From NCBI RefSeq assembly GCF_032191835.1, contig NC_083234.1, positions 53,134,001 through 53,198,000 on the forward strand: DNA of 64,000 bases, read 5' to 3'. This stretch comes from Heteronotia binoei (Eukaryota). Under the pieces are notes generated by a model that saw nothing but the letters and a program-made list of their open reading frames with translations, searched no databases and was not told the DNA's origin. Position numbers and translations under genes: made by a program. Positions 12,230 through 25,026 of the stretch are shown here, one piece after another. Each line of letters opens with the position of its first letter. Positions within the stretch are counted from its first letter, which is position 1.

Positions 12230-13288
12230 CTGTAAAACAAGTTCAATTCTATCAAGCATTTCTACATCCAACAATATCCTGCTACATCAAGATCAAAAAG
12301 GACAGCAAGGCAAAAGATACAGAGGCACAAACAGAAATGAGTTTCTAGGCTTTTTAATCTGCCAAACAAAAAAATCATAAATGCTACAGTTCTAGAGACT
12401 CCTGAGTCACAGTTAGAAAGCAAACAAGCAACCTTACTTATGATACAGATCTAGCCCTGGACTACAGAACTCAATATGGAGATGAACCAATTTATTTATT
12501 TCAAAAAGAACAAAAAAGGATTTTGACAGGAGTTTAGATTGGAATTCAGAAGACCATTCTATCAAAAGCTGCCACTTCATTATGTTCACTAACTTTTATG
12601 GCTGTGTTGCATGGGGAGGGGGGCAGAATCAGAATTCCACTTCTCAGCTGTCCTTTGAGCTCAGAGAGGGCATTCAGACCTCCCCCCAACAGTACTTTCT
12701 CCATTGCATCACAAGAGCTTGAAAGTAGGGGAACTTCCCATGTGTGGGGGTGGCAGGGGTCTGAACACAGCTGACAGTGACACTCATGCTGCAAGTTTTT
12801 GTGTTCCTGGAAAGCAGTGAGATATGGGGAAACGTGCCAGAATTCTGCCTGTCAGTGTTCTGATCTCTTCCTCCCCCTACACCTCCTGTCCTAGCAGGGA
12901 TGAAAAAATAGCGTTTCTGGGTTTGCAAACTCCTCAGGATACAGCAAGACAGCCTTTCACGTAGCCCCCAGGCTGTACATTGTGCACTGCATGTCTAGCC
13001 AGTTACAAACTAGCGAGCACCTGGAAATCCTATGTATGCCACTCTTGGTTACATAATGGGATGCAGGACATAAAACATAACAAATTTCCTAATGAATACC
13101 CATCAGCATGGTAGGCCATGGTGTTTTGGGGGAAATCATGACATAATACTGATTTTCAGAACCAGAAAAAGGACAGGCTAAAGTCTTCAGTACCAACCCC
13201 ATAAAATCCACTGTACTACACGGGGGGAGGGGATTGCCAGTCCTTGGTAGTACCTCAGTTTGTCACATCTTCATGGACTCTGCCTTAC

Positions 13289-13399
13289 CTTTCAATGGCC
13301 AGTTCTTTGTTGGTTGTCTGCTGCACATAGATGACAATCTTCTTGTCAATTCCTTGGCGCAGTTTAAAGCATTGCCTGTCCTTGTCTTTGGGAACGGCA
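13289..13399 (-). CDS. RABGAP1: RABGAP1 exon 7
   Basis: AVPKDKDRQCFKLRQGIDKKIVIYVQQTTNKELAIE; acceptor atatgacag, donor AAG|GTAAGG; 111 nt. Not in the ORF track; translated by hand. Confidence 0.95.
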
Positions 13400-13555
13400 C
13401 TGTCATATAACAAGAGGGGAAAACATTCAGAGGGTCATGTATCTACTGTCATTCAAGCATGAAGAACAGGATCAGAATGTAAAAGCAGTTTTCCCAAATA
13501 CTGTCTTCTCTTTTTGCCTCTTTAATTCAGAAAACTGGAACAGTTTTCGATGTAG

Positions 13556-15330
13556 ATAGATCCAGGTGGGTAGTTGAGTTGGTCTGAAGCAATGCTACAA
13601 AGTTAGAGGTCCTTTAAGCATCTTTAAGACCAACACGGCTGTGAGTTATTCAGGCTGTGAGTGTGCATGTACACTTTGTCAAACAGGATGGAATCTGATT
13701 TGCCTGTCTCTATCTATCAAGCAGAGCTTGAACAGCAAATCAGCATATGAGCATACAATATCATGAAATGTTTTAACAGATGCAAACAGAAATAACAAGC
13801 TAAATTCAAAAGGTCATTAGATTTAGTTCCAGGAGAAAGGCAAATAAATGTCTCAAAGTGTTAAGAGTGATTATATGAACCTATTGTCATGTCTCCTCCA
13901 AGTGTGGAGGTAACTGATAGCATCTTTTTCTTAGCTGTGATGTTGTCCCCTCTGCCAGACCAGAGGAGTGCATTCCAAAATATCATTCCGATTCATTGCA
14001 TTATAATTGCAATCAGTATTCTGCTATTTGAAATAAAAAATACCCTAGAATAAAGAGGATGTATAGCCCTACTTGGTAGTGAGAGGAGTGAAATAATGAA
14101 ATAATGTTGTCTCTAACAGTAGGAATATAGATGTAAGGACTTAATGAGTTTAGTACGTAGTGAGATAAAAAACCAATATCCCTGTTGAGCCCTGGAGAGG
14201 TGTTTGTTCTAGGTGTTGTAATAATTTGTAATTCAGCAATTTCCCTTTCCATTCTGTTCTTTAAGTTCCTTTGCAGTAAAACAGCAACTTTGAGGCCACC
14301 CACTGAATGTCCTGGAAAGTTAAAAGTGTTCGCCTACAGGTTTTTCAGTTTTGATTCCTGATATCAGGTTTGTGTCCATTTATCCTTTGGCGAAGGGTTT
14401 GACCTGTTTGTCCTATGTAGAGAACTGAAGGGCATTGTTGGCACTTAATGGCATATGCAATGTTAGAAGATGAGCAAGTGAATGAGCCCGAGATGTTGTG
14501 GCTGATGTTGTTAGATCCAGTGATTGTTGTCTGGGTGTATATGGCAGCAAAGTTGGCATTTGGGTTTATTGCAAGCTCTGGTACCAGTGTCCATATTCAA
14601 ATTAAATGTTGCCTTATTGTGGGTGAGGACTTGTTTGAGATTGGGGGGTTGTCTGTGTGCAAGAAAAGATTTATTCCCAGTGCTTGTGAAAGAAAGCTGT
14701 CATTGTCTAGTAGAGGTTGTAAGTCACTGATGATGCGTTGAACGGTTTTGAGTTGGGAGTTCTATGTAACCACTATTGATGTTCTATTATTGTCATTTTG
14801 GGCCTGTCTTGTAACAGGTTTTTTCTATATACCATTCTGCCTTTGTTAATCTGTTTCCTGACTTCATCATGTGGATACTTTAGTTCCAAAAGGGCTTATT
14901 TTAGATCCCTCAGGTGAGAATCCCTGTCTGTAGGGTTGGAGCAAATGCAGCTGTAGCATAGAGCCTGGCAGTATACAATGAATCATTTGGTATGTTTAGA
15001 ATGGTAGCTGGAAGGATGTAGGTATGTTTGTTGGCCAGTAGGTTTCCGATATAAGGTGCTGTTTATGCGTCCATTGTGCATTTTTACAGTAGTGTCCAAA
15101 TAAGGCATTTCTTGCATAGAATTGTTTATTGTCACGTTGATGGTGGGGTGAAAGTAATGGAATGTATGCTTGTATGCTGATCTGCTCTTCAACCTCTGCC
15201 CTATCTCTCTCTCTCGGCAGGCAAGTCTGATTTCATCTTGTTTGACAAAGTGTGCATGCACACAAAAGTTCACACCCTGAATAAAACTTCATTGGTCTTA
15301 AAGGAGCTATTGGACTCTAACTTTGTAAGG
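13556..15330 (-). mobile_element. Penelope-like element: 5'-truncated RT/GIY-YIG body with an inverted terminal repeat copy
   Basis: Minus strand YAIKCQQCPSVLYIGQTGQTLRQRINGH (GIY-YIG, ~14370-14460) and YLDTTVK...LYRKPT...YLHPSSYH (RT, 14983-15150); pLTR-like ends at 13590-13730 (-) and 15190-15330 (+). Confidence 0.88.
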
Positions 15331-15604
15331 TTTTAATGTATGAGAAATGATGACAGAGCCATCTAAAGGACCCTCAAGACTACAACTAGGGACACAAATA
15401 AAGCTGTACACTAACAGCCTACTCCACATCCAGAAAGTTCTGAATCTTGACTTAAACAAGAGCCATAAGTGGCTGACAGCCCAGGGCATGGATATGTAAA
15501 ATAAATGATAAGTAGTTTGGGGGCTGCTTGGACTCCATTTTAATGCTCTCTGGAAAGATGCAACAGCACCAAAAGGTGTATCTCATTACTGAATGACATT
15601 GGAA

Positions 15605-15855
15605 CCCTGACCTGGATAGCCCAGGCAAGCCCTATCTTGTCAGATCTTGGAAGCTAAGCAGGGTCGGCTCTGGCAAGTACTTGGATGGGAGACCTCCTTG
15701 GAATACCAGCAGTCAGGAGGCAGGGGCAGGCTTTATTCAGCCACCTCCTTGAATATCCTTCAGGCCTCCAGTAAGGAGGGATCAGTCACCAGAAGTCTCC
15801 ATGACTTCCAGGTGCAGACACACACTCACTACAAAAAATACCAAAAGAAAAAAAA
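15605..15855 (+). mobile_element. 5S rRNA-derived SINE (5S-Sauria-like)
   Basis: gatcttggaagctaagcagggtcggctctggcaagtacttggatgggagacc matches the 5S internal promoter (boxes A/C), followed by a non-5S body and an A-rich tail. Confidence 0.85.
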
Positions 15856-18159
15856 GTAGCTGCCTTTTATTCAGAGCACTGATCCAACTAGTTCAGAGTT
15901 GAGCACAGATGAGCAGCAGTTCTCCAGGGTCTCAAGCAGTGAAGGTCTCCCCCCACCCTCAAACTGTCGAATGACTATGAAAACTCTAAACCGTGAGATT
16001 TGCTTGTCATCATGGGAAAAAAATAAGAGCTGAATAAAAGTTGGAGAACAAAGGGAGATACAGAAGACTGAAACGATCAATTTTCAATATTTGTTTTAAA
16101 AACACCCTTGTTTTTTACATGAAGATGCTGAATGAATCTGTTCTGTTTTAGCTGTTAAAATGTTTTACCCTGGTTCTAATTTCTAAAGGTCTTTGGGATT
16201 AGTTTTTTTAAAACAAAAAAGCCTGAATTACAAAACCCATTTATACAAGAAATATGACATCAAAGCACAACTAGCAAATGGAAGAGAAAACAAATAGTAT
16301 TGAATAGACCAGCATATAGTATCCAGCAAAACTCAGACCCCAAATGACTTAACCCATTAACAACTGTTTAAAATGTTGATGAAAAATACATTTCATGTTG
16401 AGACCCTGCAAAACTGGTTTAAAAGTCCCCCTGCCTACATGTAAGTGTACTCAGCCTTTTTTATGGCCTACATACTGGATTTCTGTGAAACCTTAAAATG
16501 TTCATCTTCAAAGTGTGTATGTGCTTTCAAAACATACAAAACTGTAGTCAATTAAAACCAGCAATAAAAGCAATTACACACAAGCAAATTAAAACAGCCA
16601 AGCTGAATCCTCCCTCTGAAAGGAACATTAAGTGTAAGATCAAGCCAAGTCACTGTAACTCAATTCCCAATCAAAGTTACTAGTTTAATTACTAATATGC
16701 CATGTATATATTTTAAAACAACTGTTGAGGAAAACTAAATCTCTAATCTTCCACTTTACTCAGCACAGATTTCAAAATTAACTGTTCTAGAATTGTGAAC
16801 GTTAAAAAATTTAAGAGGGAAATATGTATTTACCCCCAAAACATCAATGCACTACTTCAAACAACATGTAGAAAAATACCAGGCATGGCTGCAGAGGAGT
16901 TACTCCTCTCATGCACAGATTCTCAGTGTCCAAAAGATAAAACAGTCATTATTTTTACCCAAAGTGGACTCTATTTACTACAGAATTATACAGCTCTGAA
17001 TGGGATCTGTTATATCTTCTCTATCTGCTTTCTCCTTTTGTACCCTCCCCCTCTTTTAAACATCTGAATTTGGTGTTTCTAATTCTCAGCTCAAGCAGAG
17101 ATCAGCCCAAAAACATACAAAGCCCAGAGGCAATTTATTACATTTCGCAGATTTAACTGTGCAGCCATGCATATGCTTAAAAACACACACACAAAAGAAA
17201 AGTCTCCTGCAGGCTTCCTCTGCAAATGCAAACACAGTCAGAGTTTGTTCCATACTTTTCTTCTGCAGTTCCCCACCTAGGCTCAGGACAAGGACAAGAT
17301 AAATACAGACTGCACTCACACAATTCACTGAGTCCTGATGTTTACCAGGTACAGTTTAGGTGAAGACAAAGATTTAAACAGTAGAACTGTTAAAAGGAAG
17401 ATTCTGCTGGTGAAAATATTGGTTCAGCAACCAACCACTCTTCAATCTGTACTTAACAGATTAATTTAAAGATTAATTTAAAGAACTAAATTCACAATGT
17501 GCTGCAAATCAAGAGATCCCAGTCAACTCCAATTTGCCAGGATGGGCCATTTTCGGTCACCTGGGAACATTTTTGATCACCAATAACAAATCAAGCTTCT
17601 TGTCAAGGACAATCCTGGGCAGAAACAGAAGAGTTTGGCACATCTAAAATTCAAAGCCACAGTTCAGGGTGGGTTAATGTGCAGGAATCTATTCACTGAG
17701 CCAAAAAGTGTCAGCTGCTGTACAGAAGCAGAGAACAGCAAAATTACTTTTTTTTAAAAAAAAAGTTGTTTAAATAATTTTTAAAAACCTCCCTTGACAA
17801 ATTCCAGAAGAGAAAACTCTGGTCTAGCTGCAGCCAGCTGTCAGCACAGTCTGCAGTTCTAAGAGTGCTTGGCAAGCACACCACTCTGCGATAAAGGCAA
17901 CTCAGCAATTAGGAGAATACTATAAATGCTGGGGGAGGGGGGTGATGGCCAGAGGGGGAATCAGTAGAATCCATGCCTGGATGTCAGAGCATCATAGCTG
18001 TGCAGAGCAGACTCAAGAGCTTACTTGTATTCTGAAACCAGATGGCAGCGCACAACAGTTAAACGAATGTCAGTACTATCTGCTGGGCAGAAAACTGGGT
18101 TTGAATCTGGGTGGTTGGGTTCAAGGGTCAGCCCCAATTCCTCAGTTGTAAAATTGGAA

Positions 18160-18350
18160 CAATAAATAGGAATCTGACTTATATGGAGTCAGACAATCTG
18201 TCCACCTAATCCACTAATGTTATTGCCAACTGGCAGGGGCTCTTCTTAGACTCAGATTGAGGTCTTCCCCAGCCCTGCTCCCAGCAGTCCTTTATATGGA
18301 AAACATTTTTGAGCCATGGGCTTTCTACCTACAAAGCAGATGCACTACCC
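18160..18350 (-). mobile_element. tRNA-derived SINE remnant
   Basis: Reverse complement of ...gtagtgcatctgctttgtag...atggctca head with a CR1/L2-like tail (cagacaatctgtccacctaatcc). Confidence 0.5.
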
Positions 18351-19441
18351 GCTGTATTACAGGCCCTGGCTTGGACTGCCTCATAAAGGTCATGTGAATC
18401 AACAGTGAGCTGCCAGCCTTATAGAAGCAGAATTTGGGCAACCTAGATGTAATACAGCATGAAAGACCCACTCGACTCCGATAATGGGATGGACCTTTCA
18501 TGCAACAATGCCACCGCATCCAGTCTCTTTTAGTGAACAGACAGTGAATTCATGACTTTCAATAAACTTTATTTACTTGGAGCTGTTATTGTTCTGTTTG
18601 ACGCAAGGGGGCACCACTGTACTAAGACAAGGAAACCCACAAAAGGGAAGCCAGAAAATAGAGATAATCTCTGGGCAAAACACACAAAGAATGTCTTTTT
18701 TTAAATTTTCTGTGCTATGACTCAGCAGCCTGCGCTCTCAAAACAACACAGACCCCGCAGGCCCAACACACAAATATCTATTACGCATACCCATCAATTG
18801 TTTTTACCCAAAAGTAAAACCACCACATTTCTGTTGTGTATTTCCTCCAAGGAGCTCTGGGAAGCTTACATGGCTCTCCTCTTCTCCACTGTAGGCTGAG
18901 AATGTGCAAATGGCCTGAGGTCATCCTGGGAGCTTCATGGTCAACAGGGCTCTGAAACAAAGACCCATCCACTCTCCTTGCTACACTAAGTGGGCTCTCA
19001 CTTTTGTACATTTAACACAAAAGAACTGTTTTCTTTACTACTAATAATAATAGATTTTATTTGTATTTGTAAAAATTTGTATTTGTAAAAATTTACTACC
19101 ATATGCTTGTCTAACTTAAAGCCTTTGGTTAGCACAACAATCTGAACTTAGCAAGCAAGAAGTTTCACAGATGGCCACTGAAGGTCAGTTTGCATCAGGC
19201 AGGCAAAAAAAGTCTGAGCAATGAAACAGATCCACCAGGTGCACAATTGCAATTTTTGAGCTGCTGCTTTCTGCTGGCAACCAGAACATTCCAGTACTCT
19301 GAGTACATGTCTATTTGAGCTTTTGTGCCCACTTCCAAGGAATCCAGTCCAAATGACCAGAAGAAACGTCACATCTAGCAAATAAAAGCCACATTCAAAC
19401 AGTAAAACCCAGAACAAAAATAACCACAGCAAGTCCTAAAA

Positions 19442-19643
19442 CAGTGTTCCCTTTAAGCGGAGTGTGAGCCATCTCACAGTTTTTTAGCCTCCGGCTCCCA
19501 CATTTTTGTCTTAGCTCAGGAAGGATGACCCTAGAACAAACTAATTTATGCAGCAGCTGAATTGCTCACTCACAGCTTTAATGCTAGTAGCTCACAAAGC
19601 AGAATTTTTGCTCATAAGACTCCACAGCTTAGAGGGAGCATTG
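19442..19643. mobile_element. hAT-like MITE, second copy
   Basis: TIRs cagtgttccctttaagc / gcttagagggagcattg; flanking direct repeat gtcctaaaa (19433-41 / 19644-52). Confidence 0.8.
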
Positions 19644-19721
19644 GTCCTAAAACTGATTTGGGAAGCTATGTTTTGGAAAATTAAAAGCTGAAGAAAAGAG
19701 AGGGGAAATAGGACACTATAC

Positions 19722-19879
19722 CTGTAATAACCTTTCCCGTCATCTTCCTTTATTTCCAGAGAGACAGAGAAAGTGAAAATGTCACTGTCTGGTGTCTGTG
19801 GGGCTACAGGGGCTGCAAGTGGAGTCTGTTTGGCAGAGCGGCGGAAGGCAGTGGCAAAACTGTACAGGATTCTACTCAC
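19722..19879 (-). CDS. RABGAP1: RABGAP1 exon 6
   Basis: VSRILYSFATAFRRSAKQTPLAAPVAPQTPDSDIFTFSVSLEIKEDDGKGYY; acceptor tctctgcag, donor CAG|GTATAG; 158 nt. Confidence 0.96.
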
Positions 19880-21177
19880 CTGCAGAGACAACCAGAGAAA
19901 GATATTAACAGCCAAATACAAGGCAGCTGAAAGCAAGACTATGAGAGACAGCGTGTGTGTGACAGCATGTGTGAGTGTGAGAGGGAGAGAAGGAGAATAA
20001 CCAACCACAGTGTTCAGTAGATACAATTAACAGCTATCTGCCTGTCCCATTTATGCTCTGTGATACATTGGGGAGATCCTGCAGCTCCAGGATGGTGGCT
20101 CTGAGGAACAGGGAGTTGTCCTCCATTGTACCACCTTCCTCTGGGACTTCCCTCCCTAGAAAAGTCCCTTTCAGCTTTGCTCTTTGGGAACATTTAGGAA
20201 GTTAGATACTCGCTTCCCATACAGAAAAGTTTCAGAACTCTGGTTATTTTATGATAGGCATCAGTTTTCAGGGTTTATTACATTTTTCCATTTTATCATT
20301 TTGTATTGCAATTTAACTTTTCCTTTGTCAGCTACTGAGAGAACCCATGACTAGACCAAGGCAAGTGAAGAACAGGACACACATGAAATAGGTCATTCAT
20401 CGTGGGAGGAAAGGAAAGCGACAGTCAAGGAGAAGTGGGCGTTATACCGGGAATGGACGGAAGAAGGACAAAGAAGGGATGTTCAGTGGAAGCTCCAAAC
20501 CTTATGCCTCTGGCTGAGAGAAAAGGACTAAGAAACTGGGACTCGAGGGTGGGGGGGTGGATACGGGAAGGTTGGTAAAAAGCTGTAAAAATTCAATATT
20601 GGAAGCATTATTGTATTACATAATGGAATCAAATAAAGATTTAAAAAAACCCACACGAAATAGGTCAACAATCCCCATCCTCTGGAAGTTTGCTCTCTTG
20701 GAAGATGAGTACAACCAGTTCCTCTCAAGCTTCTGGTGCCTTAGTGGCTTCATTAGGATCCTCCCCTTTGCCCAAATAAATCTATCTATCTAGTCTGGTC
20801 AGCATCTTATCAGGAATTAGGTGCTCCAAACTAAACAGAGCACAGAGATCTTACAGAAACTGTAACTGTTTCTGGTCCCAATTACAATTTGCACTCCATC
20901 ACTATAGTAAATTAATTTGCCTCCCAGGACAGAATCCCCTAAATCCTTCTCAGCAACGCTGCTTGTTTAAGCAATGGAAATCAGAAGCCCCTAATCACTG
21001 TCACAGCTTAATAAGCTTAACGCAGAATAAACATAAAGGGAAGCAGATACTTTACTGCCAATATTGGCACTCAATTCTCAGGCCAAGTAATCGGAAGCTA
21101 TAGATGACAACTGCTGGCAGTATTAAGTTCCATGAGATGATGTGTTCATAAGGCTTCATAGAAAATGTTCAACTTAC

Positions 21178-21352
21178 AGCTTCTTGGATTTCACACCGAA
21201 ATACATGAATTCTGAAGAGCTCCGAGTTGTAATGGCTTTCAGTGAAAGCAAAGCAGTCGCTTTCTGGAGTCCCGTCATGCCCTCGCACACAAAAGAGGAT
21301 CTTGTAAATGGGGTAGTTGGCAATTTCAGTGTTTGTTGGAGGTTCTAGCAGC
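21178..21352 (-). CDS. RABGAP1: RABGAP1 exon 5 (PTB domain)
   Basis: LLEPPTNTEIANYPIYKILFCVRGHDGTPESDCFAFTESHYNSELFRIHVFRCEIQEA; acceptor gcttccag, donor GCT|GTAAGT; 175 nt. Confidence 0.96.
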
Positions 21353-21859
21353 CTGGAAGCAAGGAGGAAAACATTATAAGCACTGAAGAGAATTGAAATT
21401 CTTTAGCATTCTGAAAGACTGAAGGGAATTTTTTTTTAAATGGTATGAAGGTACAAAGCTTCTTGAGATTCAACACTTTCTGCCTTCAGTTTGGCACAGA
21501 TGGTCCTTTAATGAGAATTAGCCATGGGGGTTACTTCCTCTCTCTGCCAGAAGAGGAGAACATTCCTATACTTCAGTGCTTCACAAGAAATCCAGGTAAT
21601 CTAGGAAACCTCTCATTGCTTGGCAGAATGATGCAGACGAGCTTACCAAGTTGCTATATATAGATACAAATATACTATAATAATTTCCTGATTGGCAGGT
21701 GGCTGTCCATATTCCCTCTCTATACAGAAGCGCTCAACAAAAGCCTCTAGCTACAACTGAGTTGCATTCTGCATCAGGCTTATGTCTCCTTTCCTTCTAT
21801 GCAGAAGACTTTCAGATGTGAGGCTCGATCCAGCAAGATTCTGCATTATTTAAAGTGGT

Positions 21860-22400
21860 GTTATATTCTCCTTGCTGGCAAGGTCTGACGGTTTGGCACG
21901 GGGACCAAGCCTTGCAGGAAGAGCTAGCCTGATCATTTGGATCCAAGGCATAAAACTGCAAGCCCTTCGGCTGAAGGATGTTGCTGATGTTCCTTTTGAA
22001 ACCAGAAAGACCTCAAGACCCTTATCAGTAAGAATAACTAGTAAGCACAGCTTAACAATCAGGTACCTAGAAGAGCCAATCTGTCAGCTGAAAGCTGCAT
22101 CAGAAGCACTTCTGTGGGCTCCCATCTTCAAAGAGCAGGTGGGTGACTATCCATGGGGAGGGTCTTCTCTGCAGTGATGCTTCACCATTATGGAAGACCC
22201 TCACCCCCCCCCCCCCATCTAACTTGTTTGGCACCTCCCCGCTCCCCACATCTTCAAGCCACCTGGGTCATACATGTTTTGAATATCTAACTTCAAGGTG
22301 ACTTTCAAAAATGAATTTATTGTTCGGTTTTGTTGATATGGTTTTTAATGTGATATTCTTACTGCCGAGGCCGGTAAACCAACTTGGCCACAATTTTTGG
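21860..22400 (+). mobile_element. Degraded L2 LINE 3' fragment
   Basis: ...QLKAASEALLWAP... and gagggtcttctctgcagtg resemble the L2 C-terminus; tail near 22330-22400. Confidence 0.55.
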
Positions 22401-22878
22401 CAGAAGGATGGGGCAAATTACTGAAAAACGATTAAATCACAAGCCATAATTTACCTCTTTTATTTAAATTTATTTATTTGATTTATAGCCCTCTGTCCCC
22501 TGCATAGCAGGGCTCAGAGCAAGTCATAACACATAAAACCAATCCATGGTTAAAATCAACAATTCTACAATACAGCAGCAACTAATAGATGGCATATAAA
22601 GAGTACAACCTGGTACTTCTTACTCTGGGATCCTGAGATCAATCTGATAAGGAGAGGGTGAAGGAAATGGAAGGGGAAGGAAAGGCCAGTTCCGAGTAGA
22701 CACCATTGCTGCCCTCAGCCATAGGCCATTACTACAGGAAGCAAACTTCAGAAAATCACATTAGTGTACAGTAAATGGATCAAGCTCACTGTGGCAAACT
22801 CCTGGGCACCTGCTTTTAACCAAACTGGCACTGCCAATGTCACATGGACCTTCCCCTCTCCTTCCACAAGACAGGTAC

Positions 22879-23083
22879 CTCACAGTTCCTTCGGACACGT
22901 TGGGCACTGAAAGGGTCACAGCCACAGATATCTGGCACTGGCTCCGCAAGATGGACATCATCCTCAGGGCCTCTACTTCGCTCCTGGGAGCATTGACTGA
23001 GGCACAGCCTAAGTAAGTGAGCTTGCTGAAGACTACACTGTCCTCATCAGCTACTGGTGTAAAAGGGCTCGAATCCTCAGACT
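22879..23083 (-). CDS. RABGAP1: RABGAP1 exon 4 (start of PTB/PID domain)
   Basis: SEDSSPFTPVADEDSVVFSKLTYLGCASVNAPRSEVEALRMMSILRSQCQISVAVTLSVPNVSEGTVR; acceptor tcttgcag, donor GAG|GTACCT; 205 nt. Confidence 0.96.
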
Positions 23084-23649
23084 CTGCAAGACAAATAGAA
23101 GAGTGAAGTCAGACTGTAGTCAGGGGTTCCAAAAACGCAGTCATCCTTGGGAAAGCCTGCTCTGAAAACAGCAAGTGTTACAAGACAAGTTGGGTATGAG
23201 GAGTGGGGAACTCTGCTCAAGAGTCTCTAAGATTTTGAAGTTCCACTTCTCTGTAGCACAGCGCCATGAAAAGGTGAAACCTGAGAATCTCAACCATCAA
23301 ACAAATCACATTTTTAATCCTCTCACTACTAACAGGAGGACAGAAGCATATGAACAATGCCTAATGAAACCTTCCCAAATCTCATTCCCAGTTCTTGGGT
23401 CTGTGCAAAACTGCTTTCACCAGACTCAGACTCTTTCAGTTCTTCAACTGAATTCTTCCATGGAGTAGCTTTTCAACATTCTTGAGGAGATTTGACTCTT
23501 CGCCTTTGAGAGAGAGAAGTGTGAGGGGCTGTCATACCTATCACAATTCTTTTGTATCTGAACAAAACTCAAATGATTTAGAGAGCTGTAACCTGGATGT
23601 TTGCATCCACCATGTGCCTGACTCCCCCTCTCCCTCAAAATCCTCTCAC

Positions 23650-23887
23650 CTCCCTGTGTGGGTTTCACTGGCAGGTTCATCTCAGGTTTCTGCAGCCCTG
23701 CCATGGATGCAGGATTAATGGTGGAGGATGCGGAGGCCTCAAGGAGGACTGGCTCTTCTGCCTCTCCATCAGCTTGGGGAGAGTCCGCCTCATGTTCCTG
23801 GTCATTGGATTGTCCCTCTATGGGAGGATCCATTAGGACGTCTTCAAGCTCCTTCTGGAGCTGCTGCTCACTCCCATTCCCTATGAT
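23650..23887 (-). CDS. RABGAP1: RABGAP1 exon 3
   Basis: IIGNGSEQQLQKELEDVLMDPP...SASSTINPASMAGLQKPEMNLPVKPTQG; acceptor ttccttag, donor GAG|GTGAGA; 238 nt, phase 0 to 1. Confidence 0.95.
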
Positions 23888-24467
23888 CTAAGGAAACAAA
23901 CACAAGTTCTGCAGAGGAAGGGCAAACACTGAACCAAAAACCACCAGCTACTCACAATCACACTGTCAGTAACTGAATAACGACGAAGCAGTCCACATAC
24001 ATCGTATGTATTCACCTCCCCTTACCCAGTTTTCTGGTCACATTTGCAGTTGACACAGATTATCAACCTCAATGGTATACAAAAATGTTTGTGTAAATAG
24101 TATATTTTATACTTCCTGCTGTAAAGATCCAAAGAGATTAACATCAAGAATTGCACTGTCCATCACACAAGTATGCCAAATTACAGCATATGTTGTGCAA
24201 TCTGTGCATTCAGACATACCTAAGAACAAAAGCACATGTGGACTTCAACTACTCTAAGGGGTCAGAAAGGATGAAAAAGAATGCATTGTAGTCACTGATA
24301 ACAGGTAGGACGGCACCAGTCAGCGATAAAGACAAGACACATAGGTCATAGATCAGGGATCCTGCAACCTGTGACTCAATACGCAGCCAAGCATAGCTCT
24401 TTTTTAAAAAAACCTTTAAATCAGAGAATATTAGATGGGTGTGTGGGATACCAGAACCAGGATGGAA

Positions 24468-24690
24468 TTTATTTATTTGCTTCATCTATATCCTGCCTTT
24501 CTTCCCAATGGAAACACAAAGCAGCTTACATCATTCTCCTCTCCATCATTTTATCCTCACAACAACCCAGTGAGGTAGGTTAGGATGAGAGAGTGTGACT
24601 GCTCAATGTAATCCAGCAAGCTTCCACAGCAGAATAGAGGGTCTCCCAAATCTTAGTCCAACACTCTAACCGCCACACCATATTGGCTCC
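24468..24690 (-). mobile_element. MIR/Squam3-like SINE
   Basis: (ATTT)n tail, cctcacaacaacccagtgaggtagg core, actctaaccgccacaccatattggct head. Confidence 0.7.
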
Positions 24691-24890
24691 TGAATGGCAG
24701 GCAGACATTTTTATAAGACCAAAGAGCTTCTTGGAAATGCTTTAGAGAAAGGGCAATAATCCGTGAACAGTTACCAGTAATTTGATTGCAAACCATGCAC
24801 AGGTCTATGCCAATATTCTAAAACAATAGCAGAGGGTGCTCCTATTTATTTATTTCTGTGAAACTTTGTGCATGCCACTTTCTAATAAAG

Positions 24891-25026
24891 CAGGGGTGGC
24901 CAACAGTAGCTCTCCAGATGTTTTTTTGCCTACAACTCCCATCAGCCCCAGCCAGCATTGCCAATGGCTGGGGCTGATGGGAGTTGTAGGCAAAAACATC
25001 TGGAGAGCTACCTTTGGCCACCCCTG
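24891..25026. mobile_element. Palindromic hAT MITE (136 bp)
   Basis: caggggtggccaa...ttggccacccctg, near-perfect fold-back; perfect 8-bp TSD taataaag. Confidence 0.92.

Noticed and set aside
15605-15720. Apparent 5S rRNA gene (also 48277 and 47387-47515)
   Set aside because: The 5' end is not 5S and it continues into a SINE body and A-tail; it is a 5S-derived SINE.
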